From the NCBI GenBank assembly GCA_963775425.1, contig CAVZJB010000006.1:64001-128000 (forward strand): a stretch of DNA of 64,000 nt. The letters are read 5' to 3'. The position numbers were made by a program, and so were the translations under genes. The stretch is from an uncultured delta proteobacterium. Lineage in GTDB: Bacteria; Myxococcota; UBA727; VGSZ01. The notes below the pieces were generated by a model, which saw nothing but the letters and a program-made list of their open reading frames with translations, was not told the origin of the DNA and ran no database searches. This document shows, piece by piece, positions 1-10,346 of this stretch; the stretch's first letter is position 1; each line of letters begins with the position of its first letter.

Positions 1-1530
1 GCCGGCACCGTCGACGCGCACGCTGCAGCCGGCGAAGTGCGCGATCAGCAGCCGGTCGGTGGACTGCTCGGCGACGTAGCCGAGGGAGCGGAACAGCGCG
101 ATGTCCTCGGGGCGGCCGTAGACGAGGAGCACGGGGCGATGCGCGAGCGCGCGCGCGGCGCGCTCGACGCCGCGTCGGCGGGCGTCGCCCTCGAGCCGCC
201 CGGCCCTCATCCACGACGCGGGGTCGACGTAGCGGAGCCCGCGGTAGCGCGCCGGATCGGCGGCGATCGGGTGCAGGCGCGCGCTGGTGGCCTGCGCGAA
301 CTCGCTGAGGGTGCGCCGCGGCACGGCATACAGCGACGCGAGATAGATGGTGGGCGTGACGTTGGGCGCCGCCTCGGGCAGCCCGCAGGTGAGATCGAGG
401 ATGACCTCGCTCAACAGGCGCGGGTCCGGGCGCTGGGCGTCGAGGAGCGCGAGCGCCGGCGCGCACGCCTCGCGCCGGCGCGCGTTGTCGGCGGCGGCCA
501 GCGCGAGGCCGCCGCACACGCACAGCGCGACGACGACGGTGGCGACGGTCCGCGCTCTCCGCGCCAGCGCGTCGAAGGGGAACGCGGCGGCGCAGAACAT
601 GAACCCGTAGGGCGCGACGCGCACGCCGGCGAGCTGCCAGCCGGCGACGTCGCGCGGGAGCGACCAGGCCACGACGACGAGGAGCGCGCCGAGCAGGGCG
701 ACGGCGCGGCGGGCGCCGCGATCGAAGGCGACGGCGGCGGCGCACGCTACGACGGCGACGACGACGGCGACGGCGCCGCGCACGGAGCCTCCGGGCAGGA
801 AGCTGCGCAGCGCGCGGTCGGCGAAGGGCCACCAGACGAGCGTGGCGGCTTCATGCGCGAGCGGATCGTGCGCCGTCTGCCACGCCACCGCCGCCGCCGG
901 CAGCCCCGCCGCCACGACCTCGGCGACGCGGAGCGCGCGGGCGCGCACGTCGTCACCGCGCGCGAGGGCGAGGGCGACGAGCGCCACGCCCGCGAGCGCC
1001 GCCGGCAGCACGTGCACGCGCGCGGTGGCGTACAGCAACACCGCCGTGGCGATGACGCGAAGCGGGAGCGCGCGCAGCCGCAGGTGCGCGGCGAGCGTCA
1101 GAAAGCCGAGGCCGAGCGCCAGCGAGAACGGCAACACGCCCAGCGCCCAGGGCAGGTGGAACGCCGTCGGAAACCCGAGGAAGCCCGCGGCCCTCGGTGC
1201 GCGCTCCCCGGCGAGCGCGGCGGCGAAGGCATAGAAGCCGAGCGCCCACACCTCGCAGATGACGACGAGGACGACGCGGTACGCGGTGCGCCAATCGAGC
1301 GCGGGCCAAAGCAGCGAGAACAGCTCGTCGACGCCGCGGTCGGTGGGCGTGTCGACGACGCCGATGACGTGGCTGAAGCGCGTGGCGGGATCGGAGAAGC
1401 TCGCCCAGGCGGCCGCGCTCAACAGGTGCTGCGGGCCGTCGTTGCTGAGCACCAGGCCGCCCGCCCACGCACTCAGCGCCAGCGCCACCGCGCACACCGC
1501 GAGCGCGGCGAGCTCGAGCTTCTTCGACAC
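1..1530 (-). CDS. Polytopic membrane protein (possible GT-C-type glycosyltransferase), truncated by window start
   Basis: Read manually on the minus strand from GTG at 1530: VSKKLELAALAVCAVALALSAWAGGLVLSNDGPQHL..., with many hydrophobic segments and a D-x-P-x-H motif after TM1. It is missing from the ORF track because no stop falls within the window. Confidence 0.6.
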   Translation of the reverse strand, partial: MSKKLELAALAVCAVALALSAWAGGLVLSNDGPQHLLSAAAWASFSDPATRFSHVIGVVDTPTDRGVDELFSLLWPALDWRTAYRVVLVVICEVWALGFYAFAAALAGERAPRAAGFLGFPTAFHLPWALGVLPFSLALGLGFLTLAAHLRLRALPLRVIATAVLLYATARVHVLPAALAGVALVALALARGDDVRARALRVAEVVAAGLPAAAVAWQTAHDPLAHEAATLVWWPFADRALRSFLPGGSVRGAVAVVVAVVACAAAVAFDRGARRAVALLGALLVVVAWSLPRDVAGWQLAGVRVAPYGFMFCAAAFPFDALARRARTVATVVVALCVCGGLALAAADNARRREACAPALALLDAQRPDPRLLSEVILDLTCGLPEAAPNVTPTIYLASLYAVPRRTLSEFAQATSARLHPIAADPARYRGLRYVDPASWMRAGRLEGDARRRGVERAARALAHRPVLLVYGRPEDIALFRSLGYVAEQSTDRLLIAHFAGCSVRVDGAG

Positions 1531-1647
1531 GAGCGGAGCGTAACGCGGGCGGGCCGTCGGCCGCGGGCTGCGTAACGCGCTGCGCACCGTGTGCCCGGTG
1601 CGTCGACGTCGACGCACCGCGCCACACGCTCCCCACCCGTCGACAAC

Positions 1648-1662
1648 TGGCACGCCGCCTGC
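1648..1662 (+). promoter_or_regulatory. Putative sigma-54 (-24/-12) promoter
   Basis: TGGCACGCCGCCTGC fits TGGCACG-N4-TTGC with GG-N10-GC spacing. It lies ~30 nt upstream of the GT4 start, which has an AGGAG RBS. Confidence 0.5.
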
Positions 1663-1693
1663 GAACAAACGATGCGTTCGTCCCAGGAGACCT

Positions 1694-2950
1694 ATGCGCA
1701 TCGCGATGTTCGAGGACACCTACTGGCCCAAGATCGACGGCATCAACACGTCCGTCCAGCTCTTCAGCAAGGAGCTGCGCCGGCGGGGCCACGAGGTGCT
1801 GATCATTGCTCCCAAGCACCCGCACGCGGACTACGGCGCGTGCCCCGTGGGCGACGAGGACACCATCCTGCTGCCGTCGGTGGCCACCGAGTGGCTCTAC
1901 CCGGGCACGGCGCTGGGCAAGTTCTGGCACGGCATGGCCAAGGGCCCCGTGGCCGAGCGCTTCGCCCGCTGGACCCCGGACATCCTCCACAGCCACACGG
2001 AGTTCACGATCGGCTTGTGGATGGCCTCCTACTGGCGCACGCGGCTCGCGAAAGAGGGGGCGCGGACACGGCGCGTTCACACATTTCACACACTCTGGAC
2101 CGAGTACCTCTTCTACCTCCCGCTCCCCGAGGCGGTGTCGCAGCCGTTGGTGCGCTACCTCGCGCCGCGCACCACCGCCAAGCGCTTCGACGGCGTCATC
2201 GCGCCGACGGAGAAGATGCGCGACGCGCTCATCAGCGACTGGGGCATCACGCCGGAGTGGTCGCACGTCGATGTGGTGCCGACGGGCATCGACGTCGGTC
2301 GCATGCAGCACGGCGACAACGCCCGCTTCCGCGCCAGGTACGGCATCGCCGACGACGAGAGCGTCCTGCTCTACCTCGGCCGCATCGGCACCGAGAAGAA
2401 CGTCGAGCTCGTCATCAAGACCTTCGCCGAGCTCAAGCGGCGGGGTGAGGAGAAGGTGCGCTTCGTCGTCGCCGGCGGCGGCCCCGAGTCGTACGTCGCC
2501 AAGCTCAAGCAGCAGGCGGCGGCGATGGGCGTCGGCGACATCGTGTGGACGGGCTTCGTGCGCGGCCAGGATTGGCTGGACACGTACGCGGCCGCCGACG
2601 TCGTGCTGTTCCCGTCGGTGACGGAGACCCAGGGCCTCGTCGTCGTCGAGGCGCTCGCCGCGGGCGTGCCCCTGGTGAGCGTCGAGGCCATGGGCCCGGC
2701 TTCGACCATGAAGGGCGAGCGCGGCTGTCTCTTCGCCGACAACGACCCTGGCGTCTTCGCCAGCGCCACCCAGCGCCTGCTGCACGACGACGTGCTCTAC
2801 GAGCGCAAGCGCAGAGAAGCCCTCGAGATCGCGCGCAATTCCAGTGTGGAGAAGCGCACCGACGAGCTGTTGGGCGTGTACGAGCGCGTCCTCGGCGCCG
2901 GCCGCACCGCGGTCCCGCGCCGTCGCGCGCGCGTGCGCGTCGCCGGCTGA
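1694..2950 (+). CDS. Glycosyltransferase family 4 (1,2-diacylglycerol glucosyltransferase-like)
   Basis: MRIAMFEDTYWPKIDGI N-terminus, HSHTEF, YLGRIGTEKN and PSVTETQGLVVVEALAAG motifs; AGGAG RBS. Confidence 0.9.
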   Translation: MRIAMFEDTYWPKIDGINTSVQLFSKELRRRGHEVLIIAPKHPHADYGACPVGDEDTILLPSVATEWLYPGTALGKFWHGMAKGPVAERFARWTPDILHSHTEFTIGLWMASYWRTRLAKEGARTRRVHTFHTLWTEYLFYLPLPEAVSQPLVRYLAPRTTAKRFDGVIAPTEKMRDALISDWGITPEWSHVDVVPTGIDVGRMQHGDNARFRARYGIADDESVLLYLGRIGTEKNVELVIKTFAELKRRGEEKVRFVVAGGGPESYVAKLKQQAAAMGVGDIVWTGFVRGQDWLDTYAAADVVLFPSVTETQGLVVVEALAAGVPLVSVEAMGPASTMKGERGCLFADNDPGVFASATQRLLHDDVLYERKRREALEIARNSSVEKRTDELLGVYERVLGAGRTAVPRRRARVRVAG

Positions 2951-2997
2951 CCCACACACGCCTTTCACACGGCCGGCCTTGCGCGGCGGCGCGGTGC

Positions 2998-3741
2998 TCA
3001 GGCCACGACGGCCGCGAGCGCCTCGCCGAGGCTCGCGGGATGCGCGGGCGGCGCCGGCGCGCCCCGCGCCGCGGCGTCGAGGGCCTCGATGGCGTCGTGG
3101 AGGCGCGCGGCGCTCGTCGCGCCGTCGTGCAGGAGGTCGAGGGCGCGCGACGCGGTCGTGTCGGCGGCGCGCGCGCGCGCGAAGGCGGCGCTCTCGGCGG
3201 CGAGCACCAGGGCGCGCGCGGCTTGCTCGCTGCCCGCGGCGGGCCCGGACGAGAGCGCCTCGAGCCGGCGGCCCGCGCGCGCGGCGATCTCGGCGAGCGC
3301 GCCGGCGGCGCCCGCGGGGAACATGCGCGGCGCCGTCGCCGCGACGCCGAGCGCACCCACGGGACGCCCGCCCACGTGCACCGGCGCCCCGAGATACGCG
3401 CGCAGCTTGAAGCGGCGCACGAGGGCCTGCGGCACGCGCAGGTCGTCGGCGGTGTCGCGGATCTCGACGATGCCGTCGCCGCGCATGGGGAGCTGGCAGA
3501 AAGAGACGTCGCGGTCGACGGCGCCGAGCACGGCGAGGTCTTTGGGGAGGCCGGTGTGCGCGCGCAGCAGCGTGATGCCGGCGAGGGGCAGCCCGAGGAA
3601 GGCGATGGAGGTCCGCGTCTCTCGCGCCGCCTGCGCTGCCAGCGCCTGCAGCTCGGCGTCGGGCTCGACGTCGAGGATGCGCCCGGTGAGGAGCAGGAAG
3701 CGTGCGGCGGGGGCGTCGGCGAGCCAGTCGATCCGTTGCAT
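2998..3741 (-). CDS. GAF domain protein
   Basis: SFCQ...DTADDLR...[20 protein letters not shown] is a typical GAF pattern. Confidence 0.7.
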   Translation of the reverse strand: MQRIDWLADAPAARFLLLTGRILDVEPDAELQALAAQAARETRTSIAFLGLPLAGITLLRAHTGLPKDLAVLGAVDRDVSFCQLPMRGDGIVEIRDTADDLRVPQALVRRFKLRAYLGAPVHVGGRPVGALGVAATAPRMFPAGAAGALAEIAARAGRRLEALSSGPAAGSEQAARALVLAAESAAFARARAADTTASRALDLLHDGATSAARLHDAIEALDAAARGAPAPPAHPASLGEALAAVVA

Positions 3742-3842
3742 GCCCCTGCATCGGCGCGGCCACCGCCGAACTGAAACCCGGATCGCCCGACGACGTCGAC
3801 GGCGCGTTGACGCTGGCGCGCATCGTTGGTAGCCGAAACGCG

Positions 3843-4889
3843 ATGAACGACGTCGAGGGCACCCCGGCGGACGCGCCCGCCGCCGCCGTCGGCGCGAGCA
3901 GCTCCCCCCAGTCCGCCGCGGCGAGCAGCGCCCCGCAGTCCGCCACCGCGCCGCGCGCCGGCGCGGCGTCCGGCGTTCCGGCCGACGACCTCACCATCCT
4001 CATCCCCGCCTACAACGAGGAGGAGGGCCTGCCGCCCACGCTCGAGGCCCTGCTCGCCGAGGAGCGGCTGCGCGGCGCTCAGGTGCTCGTCATCGACGAC
4101 GGCTCCAGCGATCGCACCGCGGAGGTGGCCGCGCGCTTCGCCCCGCGCGTGCGCGTCGTCCGCCACAAGAACAACCAGGGCTACGGCGCCGGCATCAAGA
4201 CGGGCACGCGCGCGGCGCACACGCACTGGGTGGCGTGGTTCGACGCCGACGGCCAGCATCGCCCCCAGGACCTCGGCGACATGTTCGTCGCCACCGTCGA
4301 CAACCACTACGACGCCATGTTCGGCAACCGCAGCGCCGACTCCAACGTCGTCAAGAGCCGCGTGGTGGGCAAGAAGGTGCTCGGCATCGTGGCCAACTCG
4401 GTGGCGCAGCAGCGCATCCCCGACCTCAACTGCGGCTTGCGCGTGTTTCGCCGCGACCTGCTCGAGGCGTACCTGCCGCTCCTCCCCGACGGCTTCTCGG
4501 CGTCCACCACCACCACGCTCTTGTTCATCAAGCGCAACCGCCACTTCGCCTTCCACCCCATCAAGGCGGAGGCGCGCGTCGGCAAGAGTTCGGTGAAGCA
4601 GATCAGGGACGGCCTGCGCACCATCCACCTGATGATGCGCATCCTCTTCCTGTTCCAGGCGTTCCGCACCTTCGCCACGGCGGCGGCGGTGCTGCTGCTG
4701 CTCGGCGTCGGCTACGGCACCACCATCGCCGTGCTGCACGGCCAGGGCTTCCCGGTGCTCGCCGAGCTGGTCACGCTTGCCGGCGTCATCATGCTCGGCT
4801 TCGGGATCATCAGCGACCAGATCAGCGCGCTCCGCATCGACCTGCTCGAGCGCAGCGACACGCACGCGCGCACCCGGGAAGATTCGTGA
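3843..4889 (+). CDS. Glycosyltransferase family 2 (DPM/GtrB-like) with C-terminal TM helices
   Basis: [36 protein letters not shown] motifs. Confidence 0.9.
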   Translation: MNDVEGTPADAPAAAVGASSSPQSAAASSAPQSATAPRAGAASGVPADDLTILIPAYNEEEGLPPTLEALLAEERLRGAQVLVIDDGSSDRTAEVAARFAPRVRVVRHKNNQGYGAGIKTGTRAAHTHWVAWFDADGQHRPQDLGDMFVATVDNHYDAMFGNRSADSNVVKSRVVGKKVLGIVANSVAQQRIPDLNCGLRVFRRDLLEAYLPLLPDGFSASTTTTLLFIKRNRHFAFHPIKAEARVGKSSVKQIRDGLRTIHLMMRILFLFQAFRTFATAAAVLLLLGVGYGTTIAVLHGQGFPVLAELVTLAGVIMLGFGIISDQISALRIDLLERSDTHARTREDS

Positions 4890-4920
4890 CGCCCGCGGCG
4901 ACCGGGAGCTGAGCGGCGCG

Positions 4921-6810
4921 ATGTGCGGCATCGCCGGCGTCGTCGATCTCCGCGGGAGCGGGCGCCTCCCCGAGCCCGCCGTCGTCGACGCCATGACCGA
5001 CGCGCTCGCGCGCCGCGGCCCCGACGGGCGCGGCGTGTGGCGCAGCGAGCACGCCGCGCTCGGGCACCGGCGGCTCGCCATCCTCGATCCCACGCCGGCG
5101 GGCGCGCAGCCGATGGTGTCGCGGGACAAGCCCGACCTCGCCGTCACGTTCAACGGCGAGATCTACAACTTCCGCACGCTGCGCAAGGAGCTCGAGGACA
5201 AGGGCCACGTCTTCGTCACGCGCAGCGACACCGAGGTGCTGCTCGCCGCGTGGCGCCAGTGGGGGCCTGCGTGCGTCGAGCGGCTCAACGGCATCTTCGC
5301 CTTCTGCATCATCGACGGGCGCCGCGTGTTCCTCGCGCGCGACCACGCCGGCATCAAGCCGCTGTTCTACGCCGTCCACGACGACGTCCTGCGCTTCGGC
5401 AGTGAGCTCAAGGCCATCCTCGCCGACCCCGCGGTGCCGCGCGCGCCGTCGCGCGAGGCGCTCGACTGCTTCCTCACGCTCGCGTACGTGCCGCACCCGC
5501 TGTCGCCGTTTCAGGGCATCGCGCAGCTGTCGCCCGCCGGCGCGCTCGAAGCCCACATCGGCGACGGCGCCGGCGGCGTGAAGGAGCGGATCTACTGGCG
5601 CCCGACGGTGGGCGAGCGCCGCATCTCCGAGGCCGCGGCCCTCGAGGAGCTGCAGGCGCGCCTCGCGGAGGTGGTGCGCGGGCAGATGGTCTCCGACGTG
5701 CCGCTCGGCGCCTTCCTCTCCGGCGGCCTCGACTCCGCGAGCATCGTCGCCGAGATGGTGCACGCGGCGCGCGACGTGCGCACCTTCAGCATCGGCTTTT
5801 CGCAGGCCTCGTTCGACGAGCGCGAAGGCGCGGCCGACACGGCGCGCATCCTCGGCACGCGCCACCGCGCCGACGAGATCAAGCTCGACCTGCGCGACGC
5901 CGTCCTCGACCTCGCCGACACCAACGACGACCTCCTCGCCGACAGCTCCATGCTCGCCGTCGATCGCCTCTGCAAGATGACGCGCCAGGAGGTGACGGTG
6001 GCCCTGTCGGGGGACGGCGCCGACGAGATCCTCGCGGGTTATCCGACGTACGTCGCCACGTACCTCGCGCGCGCGTGGCGCCTCGTCCCCGCGCGCGTCC
6101 GCAGCGGGGCGCTGCGGGCCGCGGCGCTGCTGCCCGTGTCCACCGAGCGCTACAACCTGCGCGACTTTGCGCTGCGCTTCTTGCGCGGCGCGGAGCGGGG
6201 CGCCGCGCGCGACTTCGCCTCATGGCGCATCTACCTCGAAGACGACGACAAGGCGCGGCTCGCGAGGCCCGGCGCGCTCGCCGACGCCGACCCCGTGGGG
6301 CGCTACGCGGCGGCGTTCGATGCGGCGCCGGCGCGCACGCTCCTCAAGCACATGCTCGTGGCCGACTTCTCCTTCTACCTGCCGAACGACATGCTCGTGA
6401 AGGTCGACCGCGCGAGCATGCGCCACGGCCTCGAGGTGCGCGTGCCGTTCCTCGATCGGGAGCTCGTCGACTTCGCGCTGTCGCTGCCGTCCACGCTCCT
6501 GTTGTCGCCGCGCGGGGAGAAGAAGCGCATCCTGCGGCGGCACGTCGCGGAGCGGGTCTCGCACGCGGCCGCGCACAGGAAGAAGCGCGGCTTCAACGTC
6601 CCGGTCGCCGAGAGCTTCAAGGGGCCGCTGTACGACCTGCTGCTCGACGCCGTGCGCAGCGAGCCGTTCCTCGGCGACGGCCCGCTGTCCCCGTCGGCGG
6701 TCGAGTCCCTCGCGCGCGATCACAGAGACGGCCGCGTGGACGCCGGCTTCCGGCTCTACGCGGTGCTCGTGCTGGCGCTGTGGTGGAACCGCTTCACGCG
6801 CGCCGCTTAG
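4921..6810 (+). CDS. asnB: Asparagine synthase (glutamine-hydrolysing) family amidotransferase
   Basis: MCGIAG N-terminal nucleophile, RGPD, FNGEIYN, FLSGGLDS, LSGDGADE, EVRVPFLD. Confidence 0.92.
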   Translation: MCGIAGVVDLRGSGRLPEPAVVDAMTDALARRGPDGRGVWRSEHAALGHRRLAILDPTPAGAQPMVSRDKPDLAVTFNGEIYNFRTLRKELEDKGHVFVTRSDTEVLLAAWRQWGPACVERLNGIFAFCIIDGRRVFLARDHAGIKPLFYAVHDDVLRFGSELKAILADPAVPRAPSREALDCFLTLAYVPHPLSPFQGIAQLSPAGALEAHIGDGAGGVKERIYWRPTVGERRISEAAALEELQARLAEVVRGQMVSDVPLGAFLSGGLDSASIVAEMVHAARDVRTFSIGFSQASFDEREGAADTARILGTRHRADEIKLDLRDAVLDLADTNDDLLADSSMLAVDRLCKMTRQEVTVALSGDGADEILAGYPTYVATYLARAWRLVPARVRSGALRAAALLPVSTERYNLRDFALRFLRGAERGAARDFASWRIYLEDDDKARLARPGALADADPVGRYAAAFDAAPARTLLKHMLVADFSFYLPNDMLVKVDRASMRHGLEVRVPFLDRELVDFALSLPSTLLLSPRGEKKRILRRHVAERVSHAAAHRKKRGFNVPVAESFKGPLYDLLLDAVRSEPFLGDGPLSPSAVESLARDHRDGRVDAGFRLYAVLVLALWWNRFTRAA

Positions 6811-8412
6811 CGCGCGCGACGCCGCCGGCGCAGCGGGACGAGCGCGAGGAGCGCGGCGAAGGCGACGGCGGGGGCGTCGCCGGAGGTGGAGGCGCAGCCG
6901 CCGCCGTCGGCCGCGTCGACGGTGTGGTTGATGCTGGCGTCGGCGGCGTTGCCGGCGGCGTCGACGGCCGTGAGCGTCAACGTGAACGGCTTGCCGAGCA
7001 CGCGGCCGAGGCCCTTGGTGTCGATGCGGAGCACGGTCGCGCCGTCGGCGCGGGCCGACGGAACGAGGGAGCGGCCGAGCGCGAGGGCGGGGCCGCCGTT
7101 CACGGAGATGACGGCGTCGTAGCGCAGGTCGAGCGGGCCGCTGACGTCGTCGCTGCCCGGGTCGAGCACGGCGACGAGCGCGGGGCGGTCCGGGTGGCAG
7201 GCCTCGGCGACGGACAGCGCCGGATTCTGGGTCCTCGCGCAGGTCGCGCACCACCGGCGCCGCCGGCGGCGTGTCGTCGACGACGTCGCCGACGGTGAAC
7301 GGCGCGCCGATGGCGTCGCCTGCGGCGAGCTTGCAGCCCGCGCACACACAGTGCGGGCAGTCGAGCGCGATCACCTGGTAGCTGCCGGCGTCCAGGGGGA
7401 CGGCGGTGTCGTAGACGTGGCCGTCGTCGGTGTTCTCGACGGGGATGAGCGGTGTCACGTCGCCGCGCGCGCCGCGCAGGGCCACGGGGATCTCCTCGAA
7501 CGGGAACGCCACCTGGATGCGCCCGTTCCTCGGCACCTCGGCCGCCGCCGTCACCTGCGGCCGCGCCGGCAGCTCGCACCACAGCGGCGCGAGCGCGTCG
7601 CGCGGCTCGTTCTCGTCGAGGAACGAGCGCGCGCGTGTGCGCACGATACGCGCCGGGCCGATGTTGCCGGCGAGGTCGCGCGCGGTGAACGCGACGAGGA
7701 ACTCGTCGCCGAGGGCCACCGGCAGCGTGGTGCCGAGGTCGCCGGTGATCGTGAAGGGGACGCCGGTGTTGAACAGCTCGCCGAGGTTCTTGATATCGCC
7801 GCGGCCGGGGCGCGCTGCGACGCCGACCCACGTGTCGCTCGGGAGCTGCGGGCCGAAGTCGACGAACACCTGGTGCGTCTGCCCGAAGGACTGGCCGCAC
7901 TGTCCGGACTGCGGCAGCACGAAGACGTTCACGCCCGGATCGGCCTCACCGAGCACGGGCGCCGTGTGGTCGATCTCGTCGCTCGTGGTGAAGCTCTGCT
8001 CCGCGACGCCCTGGCAATCGGGGCAGGGGTTGGCGTCGGTGGGCTCGAGGTGGATGAGGTACGACGCGTTCGCGTCGAGCGGCGTCACCGGGTGGAAGTT
8101 GGCGCCGCTGCGCTCGAGGGGCAGCCGGGCGCCGGTGTCGTCGAGGAGCTGGAGGGAGAACACCGGCGGGTCGGCGCCGAGGCTGCCGACGTCGCCGCCG
8201 AGGCGGATCTCGACGTTGCGCGGCACGCCGAACGCGTTCGCCGGCGGGCTCAGCACCTGCACGAAGCCCACGTTCGGCGCGATGGCCACGTCCGGCACCG
8301 GCGGGGGCGAGGCGCCCGTGTCGAACCCCGTGCAGTCGGGGGGCGCCGGCACCGCCTGCCCGAGGGCGGCGGTGCTGGTGAGGGAGGCGAGGACGAGCAG
8401 GCGGCGCAGCAT
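6807..8412 (-). pseudogene. Secreted Ig-like repeat protein with MYXO-CTERM tail, split by one frameshift near 7228
   Basis: Signal peptide MLRRLLVLASLTSTAALG in one frame. The C-terminus GGCASTSGDAPAVAFAALLALVPLRRRRRAR lies in another frame. Removing one C from GAC-C-CAG-AAT joins the two. Confidence 0.7.
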
Positions 8413-8580
8413 GGGGTTCCCCGGGGACGGAAGGGTGCCGCCCGCACGACGCACATCGTATGCCAGCGGGCGGGCACGGAAGCCCGGGGGCCTGGCCGCC
8501 GCAGATCCTCGAAAATGCGCGACCGGTGCGAGGTCGAGCGAGCACCCATTCGCCCGGACGTCTGGTAGCTTTCTGCGCCC

Positions 8581-9732
8581 ATGGAGATGCCCTCGATCAC
8601 CGGCCTGCGCGCGGAGCGGGCCCTCTCGCGCAAAGGCGACCGTGGCACCTGGCTCGCCCGCGACGCCGCCGGCGGCCGCGTCGTGGTGCGCGCCGTACAG
8701 GCCACAGGCGGGGCGAGCGCCGGGCTGCTGCCGGTGTTCACGTCGCGGGCGCTGGCGGCGACGGCGCTCCGGCTCCCGCAGCTCGTCCCCGTCACGCAGC
8801 GGGGCAAGGCCGACGGCGCGCTGTTCGTGGTGCGCGCCTACGTCGAGGGGGACGCGCTGCGCGCGGCGGGACCGGCGCTGCCGCTCGACGACAAGCTCCG
8901 CGTCTGCGTGGTGCTCGGCCGGGCGCTCGAGGCGGCGCACCGCCGCGGCTTCGTCCACGGTGGGGTGAAGCCCGAAAACGTGTTCCTCCGCGCGGGGCGG
9001 CGGACGGAGGGGGCGGCCGCGCTCGACGAGGTGCTCCTCACCGACGCCGCGCTGACCGCCGCCCACGCCGACGACCCGGAGGCGCGCGCGTTCGTCGCGC
9101 CCGAGCTCCGCGGCGCGGCGCGGGCGGGCGCGCTCGACGCCCGCATGGATCAGTTCTCGCTCGCGGCGCTGTGCTCGTGGCTCGTCGCCGGCGACGCCGA
9201 GCGCGGGGCGCTGCCGCCCGAGCTCGCGTCGTCGTCGCGCTTGGCGGACGCGCTCGCGCGGGCGCGCTCGGGCGAGATGCGAGCGCGCGCGAACCGCATC
9301 GGCGACCTCGTCGACGCCATCGAGGACGCGCGGGCCGCGCTCGGCGCGCCGGCGGCGGCGCAGGAGGGGGCGGACGCGGTGCGCGCCGACGTCAGCGGCC
9401 GGCGCCTGTCGATCACCATCAACGGCGTGTGGTCCCTGCGCACCATCGTGGCGTGCGTCGAGGAGGTCGACCGCGCGCTGGCGGCGGCGGGGCCGTGGGC
9501 GGTCGGGTACGTCGTGAACGCCACGGGCGGATCCATGTCGACGGCGGTGCTGGCGCTGCAGGATCTCCACAGGCGCCTGCGCGGGAAGCTCTCGCGCGTG
9601 GCCACCTGCGCGACCTCTCCGGAGGCGCGGGGCTTCGGTCTCCTCGTGGGCAAGGGCGTCGAGGGCGTGCCGTGGCGCGACTTCACGGACCCGACGGCGA
9701 TGAACGCGTGGCTCGCGGAGGGCGCGCGATGA
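8581..9732 (+). CDS. Ser/Thr pseudokinase fused to a C-terminal STAS/SpoIIAA-like domain
   Basis: FVHGGVKPENV, VLLTDAA, FVAPE and DQFSL are kinase remnants. The C-terminal alpha/beta domain ends ...WRDFTDPTAMNAWL. Confidence 0.7.
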   Translation: MEMPSITGLRAERALSRKGDRGTWLARDAAGGRVVVRAVQATGGASAGLLPVFTSRALAATALRLPQLVPVTQRGKADGALFVVRAYVEGDALRAAGPALPLDDKLRVCVVLGRALEAAHRRGFVHGGVKPENVFLRAGRRTEGAAALDEVLLTDAALTAAHADDPEARAFVAPELRGAARAGALDARMDQFSLAALCSWLVAGDAERGALPPELASSSRLADALARARSGEMRARANRIGDLVDAIEDARAALGAPAAAQEGADAVRADVSGRRLSITINGVWSLRTIVACVEEVDRALAAAGPWAVGYVVNATGGSMSTAVLALQDLHRRLRGKLSRVATCATSPEARGFGLLVGKGVEGVPWRDFTDPTAMNAWLAEGAR

Positions 9733-10346
9733 CGACGCTGACGGAGCGCGCCGCCACCGGGGTCCTGCGCGTCCTCACCGGGCGGCTGTGGGGCTTTCAC
9801 CCGAACCTGATGCCCGAGATCGTGCAGCGGCTCGGCGCCGGCGGCGCGCTCGCCTGGTTCGCGAAGAACATGCCTCGCTACGAAAAGACCATGAAGCTCC
9901 TCGGGCCCAGGCGCACGCACCTGCTGTGCCTCGAGACGTCGCTTCTGAACGGCTGCGGCTACTGCGTGTTCGGGCACGCGTACGCGTTTCAGCTCTACTA
10001 CTTCAAGGAGCGCGAGGCGCTCTTTCCCCTCGACGAGCACCAGATCGTCGGCCTGCGCCGGCTGCCCGACGTCGAGGTGCGCGCGGCGCTCGAGAGCGCG
10101 TTCGCGCAGGCGGGCATGCCCGAGGAGACGGCGGCGCTGGCCAAGCTCTGGGCGCTGCGCCTCGACGGCGCCGTCGCCGACGATGACGAGGGCCGCCGCA
10201 TGCTGCACCTCATCGAGATGTTCAACGTCTTGAACTACTGCGGCGTGGACTCGGCGTCGTCGGCGGACGAGGCGCACGATCCCATCAACAAGGACGAGGA
10301 GCTGCGCGCGCGCTACGCCGAGGCCCGCCTCACGGCTTCGCCCTGA
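9729..10346 (+). CDS. AhpD/carboxymuconolactone decarboxylase-like protein
   Basis: SLLNGCGYCVFGH matches the AhpD-type S-x2-NGCxYCxxxH motif; ATGA overlap with the upstream gene. Confidence 0.7.
   Translation: MTTLTERAATGVLRVLTGRLWGFHPNLMPEIVQRLGAGGALAWFAKNMPRYEKTMKLLGPRRTHLLCLETSLLNGCGYCVFGHAYAFQLYYFKEREALFPLDEHQIVGLRRLPDVEVRAALESAFAQAGMPEETAALAKLWALRLDGAVADDDEGRRMLHLIEMFNVLNYCGVDSASSADEAHDPINKDEELRARYAEARLTASP

Noticed and set aside
4921-6810. AsnB as a lasso-peptide cyclase
   Set aside because: It has an intact Cys1 glutaminase domain, and no B1/B2 protease or precursor peptide lies nearby.
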